DNA of 64,000 nucleotides, from assembly GCF_009914755.1 (NCBI RefSeq), contig NC_060931.1, one strand, 5' to 3'. Below are positions 55,850 through 64,000 of the stretch, piece after piece. Both the position numbers and the translations under genes were made by a program. Each line of letters begins with the position of its first letter. Positions within the stretch are counted from its first letter, which is position 1. This DNA is from the human T2T-CHM13v2.0 reference genome, Homo sapiens. The notes under the pieces were generated by a model, which did not search any database, had not been told where the DNA came from, and worked only from the letters and a program-made list of their open reading frames with translations.

Positions 55850-57689
55850 CGCAAAGGTTCAAATTGTGTTCTATACCTACTGCTTAAGAGGTAGAAATAT
55901 AAGTAACAATAAAGATTTTTTAAATCTCATTTCCCAATACTGTTATGAGCAAAACACGGTCATAATATACACCAGGTAAACTGTTAAGAGACAAAACCAG
56001 GAACCAACGAAGAAGAGTCATCCTTTCTGGTCTTACAGGCTCCATGAGCCCAAACAGCATGGTGACTGCAGCAGACACAGTGAAGAGAGAAAAGGTTCTG
56101 CCCGAGGGGCTGGGGACCCCATACCCTCTGTGAGGAAGGGTGGGCGGCTTCTATCTAGAATGCTTCACTTGCCACGTGCCTGCAGTTTAGCCCAGCTAGT
56201 TGGATCACCATACTTAAAGGGGCCAACGAAGACATTCCGTTACCCATCTGGATCAGTGAGTCTATTACAAAGACAAACTACTCTACAGACACATCCTTAA
56301 ACTTAGCCCCCTATCTGAAAAATGCTTCTAACGGGTGATCAGTTATTATTCCTGCCAGCGTGAAGGGCAGTAGGTTCTTAACTCCAAACTGAGAGAGGAC
56401 CATACAAAACTAGTAACCCCACAGTCAACCCACGGACAGGTTTTGCTTGGCCTACACACTCTTTTAATTGATAGCCATTATTTTAAACATCTGAAAATTT
56501 CATAGTAACACTCAGATTTCTGGGTTCTCTTGGCAGAGTCTGAAGCTCTGGCATGACCAGGCCCTCACGCAACACAGAAACCACCAACTGCCGTGAAGCA
56601 GCGACTGCCCTCGTGGGATGGGGTAGGTGCTCTTCTCTCCACGGCAGTCCCCACTGGCGACCTCCCTCTCTTGCACATGACACTCTTGGGCTTATGAGTC
56701 CATTTCTCCCAACTGCAACATCCCACTGGAGGTTCTACTAAATGAGATTTGTCACTGAGGAATCCTAATTGAGAATCTGGGGCCCCAAGGTGGCCTCTAG
56801 TTGATGATGTCACCTTGGAAGGAACCTGTGCTCCTTTCCTTGTGAGGTGGATAAAGGTCCACAGTCATGCCCTTCTCCAATTCTTGATTTTCTTGAGGAG
56901 CAGATGAGGAAGCCTGGTCGGCAGTGTACCACCAACCTAGAGCTCACGGGTGGAAAGAAGGGAGGGTGTGTCTGGAAGAACAGCCCACTGGTAAAAGGGT
57001 TTCTCCAGAAACAGAAGCGATGTTCCTGGCGGTGATTCCGGTGGCTGCGTATGTGACTCTACTGCAAGGAAGCAAGTAGTGTGGTGACACAAAAAACTGC
57101 AGGCACAAACTGAGATTCCACTGTGGGAAACGATCTCAGACATTTGAGCAGAGTCCCCAGCGGCTATAACCACTGCCAATCTCATTCTCAGTGGCCAGAA
57201 TTTCAGAGAAGGCTAAACTTCTATACCGAGAGAGATGATCTGCAGATGGGAAGGACAGTCCCCTTGGATTCCCAATGGCCCCCGTGAATCCTGCCAGAAG
57301 GCCAGGAGCTCCTGGGCCAGGACACTTCCTCTTCCTGTCCTTCACCTTCTTGTTTTCTCCTCATTTTGCAGGCGAGACTATCAGAACTTGCAGGCCAAGA
57401 AGAGGATTTACTCAATTTCCTATATTCTACCATCTATATTTAGACTATAGATGTTTCACACATAGATGTGTTCAGATACAGTTTATCAGTCTTCAGAAAT
57501 AAATGTACATCTTTTCACTGTTTACGGATTTTGGTGCCTATTTAGCAGTCCTTTGTGGGTGTTGCAAGAGGGTGACCAGACAGCCTGGTTGTCCAGGACA
57601 ACCTCAGTTTATGCCTGTTGTCCCACGGTCATTATTAATAGAACACCCCCTTACACTTCCAAAAGTGTCTGGATTGGATGACAAATTAC

Positions 57690-58170
57690 ATCAAACTTTT
57701 TCTGTAAAGGGCCAGACAGTAAAGACTTTAGGTTTTATGAGTCATATAGTCTGTCACAACCACTCAACTCTGCCTTGCAGCAAAAACAGTCATTGATATC
57801 AAGCCAACAAATGGGTGCGGTTGTGTTGCAATAAAACTCTATTTAGGCCAGGTTTGGTGGCTCATGTCTATAATCCCAGAAATGTGGGAGGCCAAGGCAG
57901 GAGGATCGCTGAGCCCAGGAGTCTGAGACCAGCCTAGGCAACAAGGTGAAAGCCCATCTCTACTAAAAATACAAAAATTAGCCAGGCAAGGTGGCATGTG
58001 CCTGTAATCCCAGCTACTTGGGAGGCTTAGGTGGGAGGATCACCTGAGCTTGGGGAGGTTGAAGCTGCAGTGAGCCGTGATTGCACCACTGCACTCCAGC
58101 CTGGGCAACAGAGCTGGAGTGTCTCAAAAAAAAAAAGTTACTTACAAGAACAAGCAGCTGGCTGGATTTC
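57690..58170 (+). mobile_element. MER58A-like hAT MITE split by an AluJ (57846-58136)
   Basis: caaactttttctgtaaagggccagacagtaaa...caataaaact. Confidence 0.8.
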
Positions 58171-59581
58171 TACCAAGGCCTGAATTATAATGGTCACCCT
58201 TATTACAAGGAACCAAGGAATATTTCTCTTGGCCTTAGGAGAACACACCGCTCAAGGAGAAGATATTTTTGAGGGGAAAGTGGAAAATTCAAGGTAATTC
58301 AAAAACACATAGTACTTCCCTAGTATAGGCTTGAAGATGAAAAAAAAAAACCCTGTACATGTACCACTGATTCTAAAATACAAGTTGAGGGAAAAAAAGA
58401 TAAACTACCTAAGAAAAGATGAGTTCTGAGACAGGCATTATCTTTTAAAGTGTTTCAGAATTCAAAATCTGAGGAAGATTTTTATTTTGGGGCAATCTTT
58501 TAAAAAAGGAGCCACTGAAGGCAAGCAGCCTCTGGGGTGGTGTCTTCCAGGAAGAGGCTGCTCTGCACCCACAGGAGGAGGAATCCCTGCACTCTCTGCT
58601 AAGGAAAAAAGGAAGAAAACGATGCTGCAAAGCTACCGCAAAAGAAGGCTGATCTAGAGTCACTGAAGCAGGCAAATGAAGACAGCCAGGAGAAGACAGG
58701 TTCCTCCCCATACAAAACTCAATCATTTAAAAAAATCAAAGAGAGGGGGACTGAGAGGGTTCCCCACAAATTCCTTTGAGAGAGGAGCCCAGGTTGGCTG
58801 GAGAAGTGAAGGGACAAGAAGGGATGCTGCCCCTTCTATCTGTTTCACACCACAGCAAGTCTCCACTTGGCACAGTTTACAAAAGCTCCGGGTGACAACC
58901 CTGGGGAGCCCTCCCCAGATCAAGCCAAACCCCACAGATGCCCAAATACCCCCAGAACCCAACACAGCACAAGAGCACCACCTACTGTAAGAGCAGCCAT
59001 GCACCACATTTAGAAAGTAACAGGAACTACTCAATTCCTCGTACTGAGGAAGACAGTAGTTTCATTTACAGACAGCCTAACTCTGAAATCGCACTGATCC
59101 CCATGAGTAGATCAAGAAGGTCGGTCTTTAAGACCCTAGAAATACCGTAAGTTCCTAAGGAAAAGTCTCATTCTTTCAGATGATCATAATTCAGTTGTAT
59201 TTAGGCCCCATCCCAGTATAATGTTTGCACATTTGTGTAATTATATTTAGCCTATTTAAGTGCTTGTTATTTATATAATTTAGGAGAAAAATACAAACCT
59301 CAACTAAGAAATGGCTGGTTGCATAAGGTCTATCTAAAGCGATCACATCCATCGCAAATCCCTTCTCAAAGGCTGTGCTTTTTGCTAACGTGTCTCTAAA
59401 CCAGGCTGGCTCTGTGAGTGCCTCCAGGAGGTGAAAGGGGCCTGCTGCAGCAAGGCAGGGCTCTCCTGGTATGGAGTTTAGGACGCCCTGTGTTTCCCAG
59501 TGCTGCCGGAGTTAGCGGCACCTGGCTCGCCCTCTCTGTCTTCGGGTATCTTTGTGTCTGTATTTCTCATGGGTTAAGTGA

Positions 59582-60470
<889 letters not shown>

Positions 60471-60873
60471 AAAATAAACAACAAAACCAAATAACCCTCT
60501 GACTAGGGAGAAGGAAAAAAACCTTGAGGATATTTCTCTCTCTCTCTGTTTTCCAGTTAACCTCGAAAAAAGTCCCACTGTGAAGTCTGAGAGAACGGGG
60601 CTTACGTATAGAGAGGAAAAACACGGAGTGTGTTTCCAGAGGTGGCACTCGGCAGCACCCTGGCTGACAGCACTCAAGTCTCCCCTCAGAAGGGGTGGCA
60701 CCCCACCCCACCCACTTCATGACCTAGAGGGCCCTGGTGCATCAGCCATCAGGCATCAGGCACTGATACCACACAGGGCGGCAGCCAGTGCTGCTGCTTC
60801 TCCTCCCCTTTCAGCGCATCTTTCTAGGAGCCGCCCCACCCGAGTTCCAGAAACTGGAGTCGGTGGCACGCAC

Positions 60874-61027
60874 TGGGCATCCGATGTAGGCTGAGTTGTG
60901 GACGCCGGGGGGCCTCCTGTAGGTGCCATCGCTGTCTGTGGTGATGAGCCGGTCCTTCTCAGCGTCGGCAGGACAGCCGTTGACCTGGTGTTTCCGGCGA
61001 GGCTTGGGAGAACGTTTTATCCGTGAG
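60874..61027 (-). CDS. KIAA1549: KIAA1549 coding exon (exon 15), 154 nt, SSRIKRSPKPRRKHQVNGCP...SAYIGCP
   Basis: Acceptor ttttcctggcag|C and donor CCA|gtgcgt. Open frame, phase 2 to 0. The exon end ATCGGATGCCCA is the 15-9 BRAF fusion junction as I recall it. Confidence 0.95.
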
Positions 61028-61319
61028 CTGCCAGGAAAAAGAGAAATTATCTTCGTAGGAAATCACCCTTTTTGCCACTGACTTACCAACTAAACACTAA
61101 GTACCCTGAGTACCTAGGATGTGCTACCCCTGGAAACACCCCATAGGATATAAACGCCATGTACGAGACAGTCTCTGCTCTAAGGAAGCTCAGAGCATAC
61201 CTAAACAGACCTATTAACCCACATGAAGCAACACAGAATGATATAAAGCCATTTGTAATCATGACATTCAGAAAAGAAGTCAGTGGGAGCTATTAGTCCC
61301 ATGGGGCTAGAACTAGGTC

Positions 61320-61632
<313 letters not shown>

Positions 61633-62436
61633 AGAACTAGGTCTTGAAGAGTGAATGGGACCTGAAGCCAGGGAGGATGTGGGAAGCAGGTGCCAGGGGC
61701 AGAAACGGCAGGCAGGTGAATGTTCAGGGGCTACCAGGCCGTCTCCTGGGTGGCAGTTCTGTCCGTGTGGCTGACCCGTGAAAAAGAGCTGGAGTGGAGG
61801 GGCAGGGCCGGCCTGCGACAGGAGCACAGGACCCACCTGGCAGGCAATAAGAGCCACCTCAGGTTTTGAGTAGAGAAAGACATACATGAGAGCCGTGTTT
61901 AAGGAAAACGCATCTATGTCGGGGACGGGAGTCTGGGAGACCAGGGGAAGGTAAGACCCCAGACCCTGCAGGCAGCTGTGAGAAAACCAACGAAGATCTG
62001 CTGGGTGCCAGCCTGGGTGGCTCCGGGAGATGAAAATATTGGAGGTGACAGAGTGGGAGGTGAGGAAGAGCCAAGGACACCACAGAAGGAGCCAGTGTGG
62101 GAAGGAAAGGGTGAGTGCAGTTTTAGACAGGCTGAATTGGAAGAGACAGATTAAGCCCCAGGAAATGCCCCGAGGCAGGCAGAGGGGCAGAGTTGAGAAC
62201 AAAGCCAACGCCTCCCACACTAAGGTGACCCTCAGCCAGGGTAAGCCTTCCGAGTGGCCTCCACATCCTTCTGTGCATGAGCCCCTTCAACTGTCTTCAG
62301 AGACCTCCACGTGAACACGGATGGGGTCCTTCTGTCACAGGCCCTGCAGTAGCAGAGGGGCTCCTGTCCTGCTCCTGTGCCCCCCGCAGCACCTCTGCGC
62401 GCCCGCCCCACCGCCTAGCGCAGAGCCCCAGCCCAC

Positions 62437-62660
62437 CTCTTCCTGGGCTCTATGAACACGGAGGGCACGCTGGCCGTGGGGTCCAGGATCTTGTCGATCT
62501 GCATCTGTGCCCTGCGGTACACCCGGTGTCGCTCCTTAGTGTCGCCCGAGGACAGGTCGTCTACCACCGGGAACTCGTAGTGCCCGCGGCGCTTGGCGCG
62601 CAGGCGGATCTTGTTGCGATGGTGCTCGATCTCAGACTTGTGCCGCAGCGCGGTCTGAAT
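62437..62660 (-). CDS. KIAA1549: KIAA1549 coding exon (exon 14), 224 nt, IQTALRHKSEIEHHRNKIRLRAKRRGHYEFPVVDD...FIEPRK
   Basis: Acceptor ccttcctcag|ATT and donor AAGAG|gtgggc on the minus strand. Peptide recognised as the KIAA1549/UPF0606 cytoplasmic region. Ends in phase 2, matching the next exon. Confidence 0.95.
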
Positions 62661-62695
62661 CTGAGGAAGGGTGAGGGAGAGAAAGACAGCCATAG

Positions 62696-64000
<1,305 letters not shown>

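Overview
Human (primate) genomic DNA, Alu/L1-rich, recognisable as chr7q34. It carries the 3' part of KIAA1549 (UPF0606 family) on the minus strand. Seven coding exons with canonical AG/GT boundaries splice in frame: 62437-62660, 60874-61027, 54038-54355, 45120-45166, 37213-37370, 33026-33171 and 30797-31051 (exons 14-20 by my recall of the numbering). A ~6.5 kb 3'UTR ends at an AATAAA near 24.3 kb. Introns 15 and 16 are the known KIAA1549-BRAF fusion breakpoint introns. Positions 1-24 kb are repeat-dense intergenic DNA towards TMEM213/ATP6V0A4 (neighbour identity from memory; no TMEM213 exon recognised here), with ~40 Alus across the window, two Tigger1 copies, L1s, LTRs, MADE1 and Charlie1. 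I see no new multi-gene system and no prokaryotic or CRISPR-type structure; almost all ORFs in the supplied track are repeat-derived noise. The most unusual signals are small: a tRNA-Lys(CTT)/Alu chimera, a polyadenylated orphan retro-fragment and a fold-back inversion inside one L1, a 79-bp dispersed direct repeat beside exon 19, a 30-bp palindrome at an Alu insertion site, a convergent solo LTR next to the poly(A) site, and a strong antisense splice acceptor beside the stop codon. Repeat family names come from recognising consensus sequences by eye, and repeat ends are approximate.
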